The position numbers and the translations under genes are program-made. DNA of 64,000 nt, taken from the NCBI GenBank assembly GCA_964234715.1, contig OZ174275.1, one strand, 5' to 3'. The notes below the pieces were generated by a model. The model saw only the letters and a program-made list of their open reading frames with translations, ran no database searches and was not told where the DNA came from. Shown here one piece after another: positions 1-12,776 of this stretch (its first letter is position 1; each line of letters starts with the position of its first letter). This stretch comes from Podarcis melisellensis. Lineage: Eukaryota.

Positions 1-2487
1 TGTCCTATTATATTTGTGTAGCATTGATGTGTATGTTTTCGACTTTATAAGCCATTGTTTACTGAAGCTAGGCACAAGTCTTGCCCTTCCCATCTTTTTC
101 TCTGTGCTGTGCCACTTTTTGGTTTGTTTTGGTTTGCGCAAAGTGTGTGACAACCTTTAATGTTGCTTGCCCTCCACCTTTGCTTGCAACGTTACCTGAG
201 CTCACATTTAACAAAGGGGGAAGCTGAAGGGCGATGACTTGTCCCACCGAGGATTGGCTCATACATGAGCGTGCATCACATTTCTCAACATGTGGGTGAA
301 TGTATAAATGGATCCCATGGTTTTCAAAAGATGAGTGTCTTGAGATAGTTTGAGGTAGTTTGGAAGTTCCATTTGCGGTCTTGGATGTGAGCTGACTCAC
401 TGAGACTTGCTAGTCATCACTTGATGGTGCAGCGATTAAATTAGGAACATGGATATAGGAACTGAATTCTTCTAAAAGCTGAAACCCAGTATTTTGCCTG
501 CTAAACAACACTGATTTCCTGTAACTTGCCTATTTATGCGTCAGCATCTCATATGACCCGAAACAGCACTTGCTGCTTCCTGTTCTGCTGGAGAGCTAAT
601 AGCTGCTGGTTTTATTTGCAAACATTTCTTGGTCATTAGTTGCATTACAAGCGACTGGACTGTATCAGAAATGAGAGCTTAATTTGGGTAAAATATTAAC
701 AAATACAAGTAGTTCTGGAGAAGTTCTCAGATGCTTGTAATTCCAGAGTGCTTTTCTCTACTCCCAGGAGGCCATTACTGTCCATTTCCAGATAAGAATG
801 GTAAAGCTTTATGCCAGCTAAAAATGCTGTAGAAAAACAGTTAAAATAAACAAGAATAAATGAATTCAAGAGGAACGGAGCTGCTTCTCCTCTGGCTTTA
901 AGGACTTGGCACCAATGGGAATTTGGATTACCGTACCTCTTGGCAGTTCTTCAGCGATTTGGGTTCTCTGAACCTTTCAATGTGCTTCCCTTTGAGTGGC
1001 TCTTGGGTAGCATGGAGAAAGAGAGAAGTTATAATGTTGCAGTGGAAACAGGATAGCCTTTATCTGACTCTTTCTGCAGTGCCACTGGCAGCTGCTAAAT
1101 GGAGTCTGTTCCCTCCTCCTGCTCCTAACCAAAGTTAGGAGAATCTGGAGATAATAGCCAGATTCTCAGGATGAGCAGTGATACATGAAAAACAGGACAT
1201 ATGGAACCGCTCTCTGCCCCCACCCACAATGCAATGCCATTTTAAGTGGCCACCCAAACACTGCATGCTAGTGTGTGCCAGGCTAGAGGTGGTGCCATGG
1301 TTGCATCTTATCATAACACAGTTCCAGTCATTATGCCATTGCCATGCTCCACTAAATTGTATGGCTGGAAAGGACCCAAAAGTCATCTAGTTCATAAGCC
1401 AGCACTTGACACAATTGTATTTGTTTGCTTGCATAATGTATATCCTGCACCTTCAACCACTAGGGATACTCGGGTGCCCAATAATGCATACAGCAACAAC
1501 AATTAAATCTGCAAACTTATAATTAATTGCAGTAAAAACAAAGCAATACAAATAGTAGCAAATGCTTAATAATGGCAGTCATAAAATTAACCCTACTGCT
1601 TGCAGTTGGAAAATCCAGATATGATCAAACACAGCACTAAGGTGTCTTATTTTTATTTTCCCAGATATCATTCACTGAGCCCTCACTCAATTAAGCACCT
1701 TTTTCCAACCTGATCTTTTTGAGTTGGAGTAGTTTGCATGCAATTGTGTAATGGCGATCTTCTTGCGATGAATAACTGCTGGTCTTGCAGCAGCTGTTAG
1801 CAGCCAGATGTTCTATAGGCAGGCACATGATGATGTGCTTGGGCAGATCCACCTCCATCCTACCCTGAGTGATGTAGTGATTGTAACCCTTCAGCACTGC
1901 TGCACTTTTTAGGCAGTAGGTTGGTGCACAGCACCAGCACCAGCAGAAACTACAGCACAGGCTCTGGGCTTCATTGTCCCCACAGTGCATTGTGTTACAG
2001 CTTTATGAGTAGCCCTGAGATCCTGCATGCTGCTTGGCTGGTGGGCTGTCTTGGTGTCATTTGGTTTTGGCATATTTGTAGATTGCCTTGGGTGACCTAT
2101 TTCAGAAAGACCGCATAAAAATGTTAAAACTAAATAGCTTTGGGTTTTTAACCTTCCTGTTCATTTCTAGTTGCAACTGGCCATTATGCACCTATTGATT
2201 AATCAAAACAGAATTATACACCTATTAACATGCCTCTCAAAAACAACAAAAAAAAACTCCTTTGAATTATGCAGGCCTGAAGACCATAACAGTCCAGAAG
2301 AAGAAAGAAGCTTGATGGTTTGCATAATTCTAGTCATGATGGTCATATTACTCTGTCTTGAAACTTGGAAATATTAAGTTGGCTGTGTTGACAACTGAGG
2401 TATTTAAGAAAAATTGAATGCTGGGGGCTTGGCTATAAGCCTTTACAAAGGAATTCAGTGAAAATTCCTCAATTCTTGTGGGGATAG

Positions 2488-2537
<50 letters not shown>

Positions 2538-2549
2538 GAGAGAGAGAGA
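2488..2549. repeat. Compound (GT)n(GA)n microsatellite
   Basis: Directly visible. Confidence 0.95.
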
Positions 2550-3229
2550 AATTGACTGGAATCCACCGGCCTCTGTCCACTTCTGATTAGCTGAAAAGGT
2601 TGGTAGGAAGGCTCAGGATGACTTAGATAGTTCATATAGGAACCTATACACAGAGAGATTGCGTATAGAGCAGGGAACTGAAGTGCCCATTTCTAGGCCT
2701 GTTCAGCTTTTCAAGATTAAGTATACATGCTATGGTTAAGATATGACATTTGGGTGAATATGTATTGCTCTGGAATCATTTGCTGGCTGTCACATTCAGT
2801 GTCCTGACCCTGAAGTCCCCCACCCTTTGACTCATTTTGCAAGCAAAGGCAAGAACCCTGGAAGAGATATTTCAATATTTACATATGTTTGGATTGCGTC
2901 CATACATTTTTGTTGAAAACAAAGCTGTCAAAAGATATCTGATATTGTTTTAAATTTTTATATATCTTTTTCATTTGAGTGACTGTGGGGCCCCTTTTCA
3001 GGACCAAGGTCCTTTCAAACCCACTTTCAATAAAAAATTGTAACAACATAATTAAAACCACTTATAGATTAGAACTTTTTAAAAATTTAAAAACCAACAG
3101 AGCAGCACAAAGCAAAAACAGCATATGTGATAACATGACAGCCTCTAACATCAGATACCATTACAATAGCAATAATAAAACCAGGTTTTAAACCCTATTG
3201 GCTACCTAACCAAAGGTGGATTGAAAAAA

Positions 3230-3505
3230 ATATATATTTAGGGCCTACCTAAAATAAAACTGGAAAGGAGCCGAACATAACTCCTGGGAGAAGGAGTTCC
3301 ATAGGTGAGGGATCACTGCTGAAAAGGTCCTTCCCTTTCCTGCATTCCCTCAAGCCTGATGGTACCCAGTGGTGCACCTGCAAGATGGGCAGGCTCATAT
3401 GGATGCAAGTAACTTGACCCCTAATCATTTAGGGTTTTAAAGGTCAGAGTCGGCACTTTAAATTGGACTTGGACGTTAAGCAGCAGTGAGTTCTTCTGAA
3501 CAACA
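3230..3505 (-). mobile_element. Degenerate L2 LINE 3' fragment
   Basis: 'gagttccatagg..actgctgaaaagg' and 'atttagggttttaaaggtcag..cactttaaattgg' resemble squamate L2 3' ends in antisense. Boundaries approximate. Confidence 0.55.
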
Positions 3506-3534
3506 GAGCTAAGGCTGCCAGCATAGGCTCACTT

Positions 3535-3606
3535 CCTTGGGAGTCTTCCCTTTTGTCACTTTTGCTACCTCCTTGGGAGTCTTCCCTTTTGTCACTTTTG
3601 CTACCT
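3535..3606. repeat. Perfect 36-bp tandem duplication
   Basis: CCTTGGGAGTCTTCCCTTTTGTCACTTTTGCTACCT at 3535-3570 and 3571-3606. Confidence 0.95.
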
Positions 3607-5700
3607 GCTGCAAATCTTGTTTCTTTTGAGTCCCTCCAGGTGTCCCTTTTATTCCGCATGGGGCGATCACACTGCTTCATTTTCAGTCAGTGCATATCAC
3701 ATAATTGTTCTGGTTTATTGTTGTTGTGCTATAGCAATAATGTGGTAACATTGGGGAGGCATTGCAGAACAAACTAAAGTATAATAAATCCACTTTAGAT
3801 AAGGCTAAGCAGAACAAAGAGAGTTTCATGGATAAGATTCAAAAACTGTTGGGAGGGGTAGATCAGCCCAGATACTGATAGCCCACTTCCCAGAAAAGTA
3901 CAGTTAACAAGTCTGGACTTGGCTGCATTCTTGTCCCAAGTCTCTCTCTCTTATTTTTTTTTTTTTAAGAGAAGGACAGAGAGGGCTGAGGAGAGTCCAA
4001 GTGCCCTGGCTCCTGCTCCTCTTCTGCTCACTGCTAGGCCAGGTTTTCTCTACTGTTCAAATCTTGGCCTAAAAATGCAAAGGTAACATATCCTGTATAG
4101 CAATCCCCTGCTCCTGTAACCTTTCCTTGCTAAGAACAATGGCTGTCTTGTGTATCAAAGTAACAGATGCTGTTTCTGGCAAGGGCTGCAGCCGCCAATG
4201 TAAACCGCTCTGGGGTGATTGAACTTGACCCAACCCAAGGCTTTGCTGGCAACATACCAAAGTTTTGGGCTTCACAGGGGTGGGCTGGGGAGGAAAGGGG
4301 AATGGAGTGGGACTTTGCAGTGCATAAATCTGGAAATGTTGCCCCTCGACAGGGCCACGTCCCCATCTAGAGTGAATTCTGTGCTGGTGTGCAGCACTTA
4401 ATCCGGGTTAAAGTAGGTGCTAGTTCGACTTGACACCCAGCTATATTCATTCCCATTATAATAAAAGTCAGTGCCTCCGTATTAAACCATATTCCCCCGG
4501 AAAGAATTACACAGCAAGAGAGTCTTTTTAAACTGTACATAGCCATAAGATTTATTAGGAATAGTGTAGAGAACCAAGCGTCCTCTTTCTTATCATCTGT
4601 ACCATGAATAAACAACAGGCTCTTTACCAAAGATGAAGCTATATTTTGATTGATTTTTTTAAATGGCTGGTCTAGTACTACTGCTGTAAACTCAAGTCTC
4701 CCCTCAGCTGTGCAGGGAGATGGCTTTAGGGAAATCTCTTCTCCCCTTTAAAGCCCCAACACACGCAGACACCTACCTTCAAAGTAAGAACAACAGTTCT
4801 GGAGTACCTTATAGGACCATTATATGGATTTATGAGAAAATGTTCACAATGTGCTTTGAAATGCTCTATAGCCAGATTGGTGTACATACACCGCAAGATC
4901 TCTTTAGCGAAGGCAAAGTTTGTGCTGGATGTAGTTATGTGCATTAGAATCTCCTCTTTGCTAAGTGCTCATCCAATGGAGCTCGAGATCAGCTAGTGAC
5001 ACATTAAATATTAACAGAGCAATAAACCTTAAATGCATATCTTCCCCCACTGTCAGGGTGAACATCTTGTTTAGCAATGAAGGCCACCCAGGAAATTCAC
5101 CATGGGCCAAATGATGATATGTCACTTGTATATTGTCAAAGTAACTCAGCCACAAAAATCTGAAAAATTGTGCTTGTGTATGTTGTTAGTTACCAGGCCA
5201 CAGTTGGGTGGAGATGCAGGGCTGCTTCTTTGTCAGAGCAAAATTAGGAACTAAACCCTCAAAATCATGCAAAATCACAAAATGCTATATCATGTTTGCT
5301 TTTTGTCCTGTTATTTCTGAGCCCCATGGAAACAGGACTAATTGATTACACTGGTCAACAACAAATTTGTTGTCTGCATTTTTTTCAGTTGATTTAGGAC
5401 GAATCTGATGCGCTGAATCCAAAAATCACATTGGTTTTGCTCAATCAGGTCAAGTTTTTGAGCTATGGCCACATGTCTTTTTTACGTTTTTGTTCACATG
5501 TATGCTTGTGTGGAACATTTTAGAAGAAGTTGGTGGGGGTAAAATGCCATGTTGAATAATTGTTTTGATTGGAAATGATTATTTTAATGACAAGAAGTAT
5601 TCAGGTCCGATAGTTCTGGGTGATTATGTCGAAAAGGCATCAGTTTGAAGTCATAAAACCTCTAAATCTTCCATAAATTGGTGCGGCAAAGCATAAAGTT

Positions 5701-7792
5701 GCTTACCATGCTTATTTGGGTATTAAACTTGGTGACCAGGATAAAGCTTGGGTGCCACACATGGTGTGCAAGGCATGCACTGAGACTCTACGTGGGTGGA
5801 CCAATGGCAAGAGGAGCCTGAACTTTGGAATTCCCATGGTTTGGAGGAAGCCAACAAACCATGTCACTGACTGCTACTTCTGTGCTGTTGATGTGACTGG
5901 GATCAACAGAAAGAACCGGAGCAGCCTCAAGTATCCTGTTCTTCAATCAGCACGTCGTCCTGTAGTGCCTATCTTCGGAGAACTTCCTGACATTAGTGAC
6001 GAAGATGCCTCCAGTGTTGAAGGACATGAAGAAAAAGAAGTGGTTCTTGAAGACGATGCTCCACATCGATTTTCCCAAAAGGAGTTGAATGATCTAGTTC
6101 GCGACCTCGGCTTGTCAAAGGACTCTGCCGAACTGTTGGCATCCAGATTGAAGGGAAAAAAACTCCTCTCTGACAGTGCTCGCATCAGCTTCTTCCGCAA
6201 CAGGAATCAAGAGTACCTCCGTTTTTTCTCGGAAGAGAAGGACTTGGTGTACTGTGCAGATATTGCACAGCTTCTGCTCAAGCTTGGAGTGCCACAGTAT
6301 GAACCCAAAGATTGGAGACTGTTCACTGACAGCAGCAAGCAATCACTGAAATGTGTTCTGCTACACAACGGCAACCAGTTTGCCTCTATACCCCTTTTTT
6401 TTTAAAAAAAATAAATTTTTATTCAGATTTTCACAAATTCATACAAAACACAAACAAAGAAAAAACAAAGTAATAAGACAATATAGAAAAGAAAACACAA
6501 ACATAAAACATATATAAATTCTAATTTTTCTTTCTTATAACTTACTTTCCCGACTTCCTCATACCTCCCCTTTCTGTATTCTAATTTCTGAGGAAATTTT
6601 CAGCAAATTCTTCCCATACTTTTGGCTTAATTTTAATATTATTTTGTTTCTTTAAATTTACCCTTACCGCAATTAACCCCTTATTTTATAATCCAGCGTC
6701 TTTCTAACATTCATTAATTTTGCAATATTTCTTTAAATATTCTTTAAATTTTCCCCAGTCCTCTTCCGCCGTATCCCTTCTCTGGTCCCGGATTCTGCTC
6801 GTCATTTCCGCCAGTCCCATGTAGTCAATCACCTTCATCTGCCATTCTTCCACGGTGGGTAGATCTTGCGTCTTCTAGTACTTTGCGATGAGTATTCTTG
6901 CAGCTGTTGTAGCGTACATAAAGAAAGTTCTATCCTTCTTTAACACCAATTGGCCCACAATGCCAGTTTGGAGAACTATAAAGCGGTGAAGTATGTGCTG
7001 GAGAAAATTGGTTATGATCAGCATAAGTGGTTTATTTGTGTTGACCTGAAGATGGTGAACTTTTTGTTGGGACAACAGTGTGGCTTCACCAAGTACCCAT
7101 GTTTTCTGTGCATGTGGGATAGTAGGGACCGTGCTCAGCATTACACGAAGAAGGACTGGCCTGTGCGGGAGGAATTGGTGCCTTGCAAAGAAAGGAACAT
7201 CATCAATGACCCTCTGGTGGACAGAAACAGAATACTCTTCCCACCGCTGCACATCAAGCTCGGCTTAATCAAGCAGTTCATCAAGGCTCTGGACAAGGAT
7301 GGTGACTGCTTCACTTACTTGTGCCAGGCTTTTCCAGGATTGACCATGGAGAAGTTGAAAGCTGGCATCTTTGACGGTCCTCAGATCCGTCAGCTCCTCA
7401 GAGATCCAGAGTTCGGAAGCTCAATGAACGAAGTGGAACTGGAAGCGTGGAAGGCATTTGTTCTGGTAGTGAAGAACTTTCTTGGCAACAATAAGGCCAG
7501 AAACTACGCAGAACTTGTCAACAACACGCTGACTGCTTTCAGAAACCTGGGCTGAAACATGAGCGTCAAGATGCACCACCTATTTTCACATATGGACCGG
7601 TTTCCTGAGAACCTGGGTTTAATGAGTGACGAGCAGGGGGAGAGATTCCATCAGGACATGAAAGAGATGGAGACCAGGTATCAGGGTCGCTGGGACACAG
7701 TCATGATGGCTGACTACTGTTGGACTCTGAAGAGAGACCTCCCTGCCACTGAGCATTCCAGGAGTTCCAAGAAACGGAAGTTCAAGCCCTGA
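5701..7792 (+). pseudogene. Chapaev transposase pseudogene, in two parts (5701-6396 and about 6971-7792)
   Basis: Motifs include AYHAYLGIKLGDQDKAWVPHMVCKAC, WRKPTNHVTDCYFC (zinc finger), LFTDSSK, CVDLK, CFLCMW, LHIKLG, SDEQGERFHQD and a basic C-terminus KKRKFKP*. Disrupted by the L1 insertion, an in-frame TGA at 7553-7555 and a missing N-terminus. Confidence 0.9.
6395..6966 (-). mobile_element. 5'-truncated L1-clade LINE 3' end nested in the Chapaev transposase
   Basis: Minus strand reads GIVGQLVLKKDRTFFMYATTAARILIAKY*KTQDLPTVEEWQMKVIDYMGLAEMTSRIRDQ...WGKFKEYLKKYCKINEC* (stop at 6704-6706), typical of a reptile L1 ORF2 C-terminus. It is followed by a T-rich 3' UTR, AATAAA (6418-6423) and an A-tail (T-run 6395-6403 on +). 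Confidence 0.85.
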
Positions 7793-8604
7793 AGTTTGAA
7801 AAATGGTGAAGCAACATGCAATTTACGTGTACTTACCTTTATCAATGCCCACCATTCAGTTTACAGTAATCGATGTTTCTATCAGGTAATCAATATATGT
7901 TGTTGGAAAAACATTTTTTCTCTTAAAAACATATTTAGGATGATATGTGTTGACAAAAATCAGCTGATAATGCCACAAAAATGTAATCGATTTTGTCACA
8001 AGATCTGATTTTTTCAAATCAACATAGCTAAAAAACCTGACCTGATGGAGAGAAACGGATGCCATTTTCTGATTCAGCAGTGCAAAAATACCCTAAATCA
8101 GTTGTAGAAATCTAGACAACGTTCAAAAAGTAAAAAAATTGTTGCCCAGTGTTATTTGTTTTGTTTTTCCTGTGAACAGAAAGGGGTAGTATTTGGGCAT
8201 GTTGGGTGTACATGGGGTGAAGATGGGTGGGTGGGAATAGAGCACATCAAGTATCTATACATATAACTACTACCAGGTAACAGATCTTCCATTTTTGGTA
8301 TATCTGGTGCCTGAGTGGTGAGGCTTAGTAGACCTGGCCTTTGAGTAACTCGTAACCAGCTCTCCCTCTCCATGGTTTCTCCATTGGTAGACCTCTCATT
8401 CATTGGGCACACTTTGTGTTTTGATGATGTCCTTCTTCTCTTTTAAAAAATTAATCATTTTGAAAGAATAACAATACTTCAAATACAAAATGCAGAATTG
8501 GTATTGACTCCCACCTCTGCCATGGTTGATTTTGTTAATTTCTTTTCCACTAAATATTCAAATTTCCCCCATATCTTATTTTTTGTCAGTTTTATAATAA
8601 AAAA

Positions 8605-8830
8605 TTAATAATAATAATTTATTATTTATACCCCGCCCATCTGGCTGAGTTTCCCCAGCCACTCTGGACGGCTCCCAATCGAGTGTTAAAAACAATACAG
8701 CATTAAATATTAAAAACTTCCCTAAACAGGGCTGCTTTCAGATGTCTTTTAAAAATAGGATACGTACTTACTTCCTTGACATCTGATGGGAGGGTGTTCC
8801 ACAGGGTGAGTGCCACTACCAAGAAGGCCC
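8605..8830 (-). mobile_element. L2 LINE 3' end
   Basis: 'tttatttataccccgcccatctggctg..tttccccagccactctgg..ggctccca' and 'gggagggtgttccacaggg..gccactacc..aaggccc' resemble lacertid L2 3' termini. Confidence 0.7.
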
Positions 8831-9235
8831 AATATCTCAATATTTCTTACTGCTGAATTTAATCTTTTATTGTTAACTTTTTAATGTGTTTACAGTAAGT
8901 TTCCAAATAATCTTGATGATATCCTTCCATTTGCAAATGAAATACTCCATTCTTTCCCTGATTTTATTCACCCATCCACCCTTAATTAATTGCACTGCTG
9001 CTGCAATCAACTTCACAATTCCATGCATTTCTCCTTAAAAAGCAAAACAAAAACCCAACAGGTCAGGATAACAAACAGCACTGGACTGTGCTGCCGGAAT
9101 GCCATACAGAACTCCCAGCAAAATGGATATAACAGTTACTTTGCAAGACTGGCTTAAATCATGCTCTCGGCTACAGTCCCCCCTGCCCCTGTGATAAATG
9201 GACCACAATGATAGCTCAGTTGGTCTCCTAACAAT

Positions 9236-9368
9236 GATAGCTCAGTTGGTAGAGAATGAGGCTCTTAATCTCATGGTTGTGGGTTTGAGCCCCATTGGGC
9301 AAAAGATTCCTGCGTAACAGGGGGTTGAACTAGATGACCCTCTTGGCCCTTCCAATTCTACAACTCTA
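9236..9368 (+). mobile_element. tRNA-Lys(CTT)-derived SINE with CR1-like tail
   Basis: Head gatagctcagttggtagagaatgaggctcttaatctcatggttgtgggtttgagccccattgggc aligns by eye to tRNA-Lys-CTT (A and B boxes, CTT anticodon). Tail gggggttgaactagatgaccctc..cccttccaattcta is CR1-like. Confidence 0.8.
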
Positions 9369-9405
9369 AAAACTTTCAGCACTCTTAACAAACTACAGTT
9401 CCCAG

Positions 9406-9734
9406 CAGGGCCGTCTTTAGGTTTGATGAGGCCCTAAGCTACTGAAGGTAATGGGGCCCTTTATATGTCCAGCTGTCCTCTGTCAGCAACAAATTATAAC
9501 TGTTTTTTGTGTTGAATGTATGCTATATGGTAATTGATGGACCTAATAGGTATCTATTTGCACATAACAAAATATGTATTTTATCAAAGTAATTGTTGAA
9601 CTGAAATACAATTAAGAAGAAGTATATTAATAGTGAAATACAATTTTTTCCCTTTAAATTTATTTGGGGGGCCCCCCCAGGAGAGTGGGGCCCTAAGCTA
9701 TAGCTTGTTTAGCTTATACGTAGCTTCAGCACTG
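9406..9734. mobile_element. Non-autonomous hAT element inserted in an older MITE
   Basis: Termini CAGGGCCG...CAGCACTG with a degenerate TSD (gttcccag / g--cccag). The host sequence 'aactacagttcccag|cattctcgggaggaagccatg' is continuous once the insert is removed. Confidence 0.7.
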
Positions 9735-12700
9735 GCCCAGCATTCTCGGGAGGAAGCCATGAAACTGCTTTAAATCTCTAGTGCAGCTGAGGCCTTACTT
9801 TTTTGGTTCATCCAGGGGAGGCAGGCATTCCCTTGCCCCCCTACTCCAGATTCCTATGACTGGTCCAGCAACTGGTGGCCCTGTAACTACACCTGGCCAG
9901 CAGATGGTCACTGTTGGTTTGCAAGCCATACTATGGTTCTTCAGCAGTAAGCTACAAATAATATACAAACGATGGTACCGCACGGCACATAATCTAGTGC
10001 AACATATTCCCCTTTGCTGTCTTCACTGAGACTGTTCCCACAGCGGAGGCAGAAGAGGATGGGTATGGCTGACTTAGGCCTTAAAGCAAGATCCTGGGTA
10101 TGTTTAATCAGAAGGAAGCTCTGTTTGCTTCAGCCGGACATTTCCTAGAATATAAGGCAAGCGTGGTGTGGTTATTGGCATGTTCTTTGTACCAGGACAG
10201 TAGTCGGGTGCATTCCATTCCTGGCTGGCCCTTTCCTTTGGTAATTGTGGGCTTGTCCCTGCTACCGCTTGTGCTGTGCTTTCTAGGCACAGTTCCGAGA
10301 GGTTTTTTTCTTTTGCAGCACCACTTTCCCTGGGAAAACCTGTTGTTTACTGGTGGATCGCTGTTTACAAACCTGAACTGGGTTTTCTGCGAATTGGTGT
10401 TTGTTCCGATTCAGCAGTAAACAGTGGGTTTTCCTGGGGAAAGTGGCAGGATGAAAGAAAAACCCTTTGGAAACCCTTTGGACCCATGTCTAGAAAGCAG
10501 GAACAAGCAGAAGAAAACATGGGACAAGTGTGGGTGAGCCCCCTCTCCCTGTGTGTGTGTTCCATTCCCTGTCTCCTCTGCTTGCCTTGGGGTTCCTTTG
10601 CCCTCTGTTGTTTTGACTGTGGCAAGTTTGGACAGTCTCTCCAGTGCTTGATCTCAACTGGGGTAAGGAGTCCAGTTCTGTTGATGCAGTTATTCTTCCC
10701 CAGTGGCGGCAACGGTTGGCTGGCTGCCTCTCTTCCTTCTCTTTCTTCACTTCCTCCTCCTCCTCTTTATATTAAACATGCTTGTGCTGTTGTGCACTGA
10801 TAGGAAAAGAAAACACTATATTAAAAAGTGTGACAGAATGCGTCAAAGGAATTTTTAAAAATTATTTTAATTTCAGCATTTGCCTTTTAAAGCAATGGTG
10901 GGAGGAATCACACTGCAGGACCCATAGCTGCTTTGAGACCATTTGGCAGAAAGCTGGGATACAGATTTATCAAATAAATAAATAAAATAAAAGCGTAGCC
11001 TGGCACTCATGGAAGGCAGTGCAACCAGGAAATGTTGGTACATCTCCACCCACAATAGCTCCTCTTAGCTGCTGTAATAAAGCTTTGCCACTTCCTGATG
11101 GATAGGAAATGTACTGCATTTTTTTAAAAAAAGTGCTATGAACCAAAGAAGAATGGAAGAACAACAGGAGAAGTATTGGATTGCAACAGTTTGGCAGTGA
11201 TGTTGTTTCAATTCTTTGTAATATCAATGAATGAGTGAATGAATGATGCAAATTTGAAAGAAAAGGGGCTGGTGTGAAAGCAAGCTGTTATTTGCCTCCA
11301 CTAAGTTTAAAACTTGGACAGCACCGTGTATGTTCAATATGGAATAAAATAAATTATGCACCTAGACAATTCAGATTGTGTGCCAAGAAATACTGAATTC
11401 TACAACCTAAATAATTTATGGTTAGGCTTGTCCACCTTTGGGCATTTTTAGCTGTTTATCCACTTTCCCTCCATTCGGTTTAGACCAGAATAGACCACAT
11501 CTGCATGTATTTGAATTTGTATAGGAGGAACAGCTTCAGTCCTTATTGCTCATAAAAGGCATTCCTTTTAGTGTTTCCCTGCCCCAGAATTGTGCAAAAG
11601 CACACAGCCAGGGACTTGTAGATTTGCTTGTGCAGCATTTGGTTTTTGTGCAAATCTGATATATGGCTATGCTCCTTTCACGCCTTTCTGTTGAAAAAAA
11701 GAAATGAAAGCAATTGTACATTCTCAGCACCGACTTTTCAGATTGCTGCCCAGGATATCTGGTACAGAATTTTTTTAATGTGGTTTGCTTGTGCAGTTTT
11801 CTGTTTTTGTGCAAATCAGAGGGATTGGGGGGAAAAAAAGAACCTCTATTCAGGAGCATACCAGTTATGAAGTGAAAGCATTGAAGAAGTAGTAGACATG
11901 AAAAGGGGAGCAGCAGAAAGTGACAATTGATTCACCCACCCCAAAGCACCAAAACCCCAAGTAGTACAAGTGTGCATTACTTCTCTTTATTTTGCATAAT
12001 TTTCAGTCTCTACCCCCCCTTTTTTTTGCAGAATTTGATTTTGTTAATAATGAGGAGGAAGAAGCAGTTATGGAAGGTTCTGATGTCTCATGCCCACCCC
12101 CTAGAAATCTTATTCAGCCACCATTCCAGCAGGCACTGGTCACACATTTCTAAGAGCAGCTATGTAAAATGAAATCTGGGATTTCTTTAAAGAACTCTGA
12201 AGCCTGCACTCAGTATCACATTCTGTGCCTTTTCTGTTTGTCCTTGTGCCATGGGAGCATACACAGAGCATTGCTATGTAAGGGCTAATGCGCCTCCATG
12301 CATGGTACTAAGCTGGCCTTGCAAGTTGGGTTGGGAGCTCTCTTTCCCAGACAAAATTGGATGGCACTGGGAAGTGATTTTTATCAGGAGCTCAGGATCT
12401 CTACCAGTGTGCTGGGTTAGGGAGGCAGGGAGAACATGTGCTTGTGGAATTAAGGCATTCCCATGACATTCCATGTATGCATTTATTGTTCAGGAGTCCA
12501 CCATGCTCCCCGTCCCACATGGAATGTTTTATAGAAGGTACTTTGAAATGCACATAGTCTCCTTGCAGCGCTTTCGGTAACTGCTCTATGCTCACACAAC
12601 TTCAAAACCTTAGAGAGGAGCAAAAGCAATGCATCTGGCTTTGCTCTATCTTGGGCTTTTCTTTTTTAACATAAAACATTTTTTAAAGCCTCAAGGCAGT

Positions 12701-12776
12701 TTAAGCATGAAAAAAATAATCTCCCCCCTAGTCCCCCCCCTTCACTTCATCCTCAAGCTTGTGAGGATTTTGATCA

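Larger units (their letters stand above)
5349..8151 (+). mobile_element. Chapaev3-type (CMC superfamily) DNA transposon, both ends intact, defective
   Basis: Terminal inverted repeats CACTGG(T/G)CAACAA at 5349-5361 and 8139-8151. 3-bp TSD TTA at 5346-5348 and 8152-8154. Imperfect 67-bp subterminal inverted repeats at 5386-5452 and 8038-8104. Internal transposase present. Confidence 0.9.

Noticed and set aside
6950-7555. Stand-alone 201-aa gene, and likewise the 229-aa ORF at 5716-6405
   Set aside because: Both are fragments of one transposase broken by an L1 insertion and a premature stop.
9236-9300. Functional tRNA-Lys gene
   Set aside because: The 5' acceptor stem is missing, the T-loop is mutated (GGTTTGA), and a CR1-like tail follows, so this is a SINE head.
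10486-10668. Cys-rich alternative first exon (MSRKQ...ISTG with gtgagc or gtaagg donors)
   Set aside because: Both donors are phase 0, which is incompatible with the phase-1 C1 exon, and I recognise no tensin homology. It would need RNA evidence.
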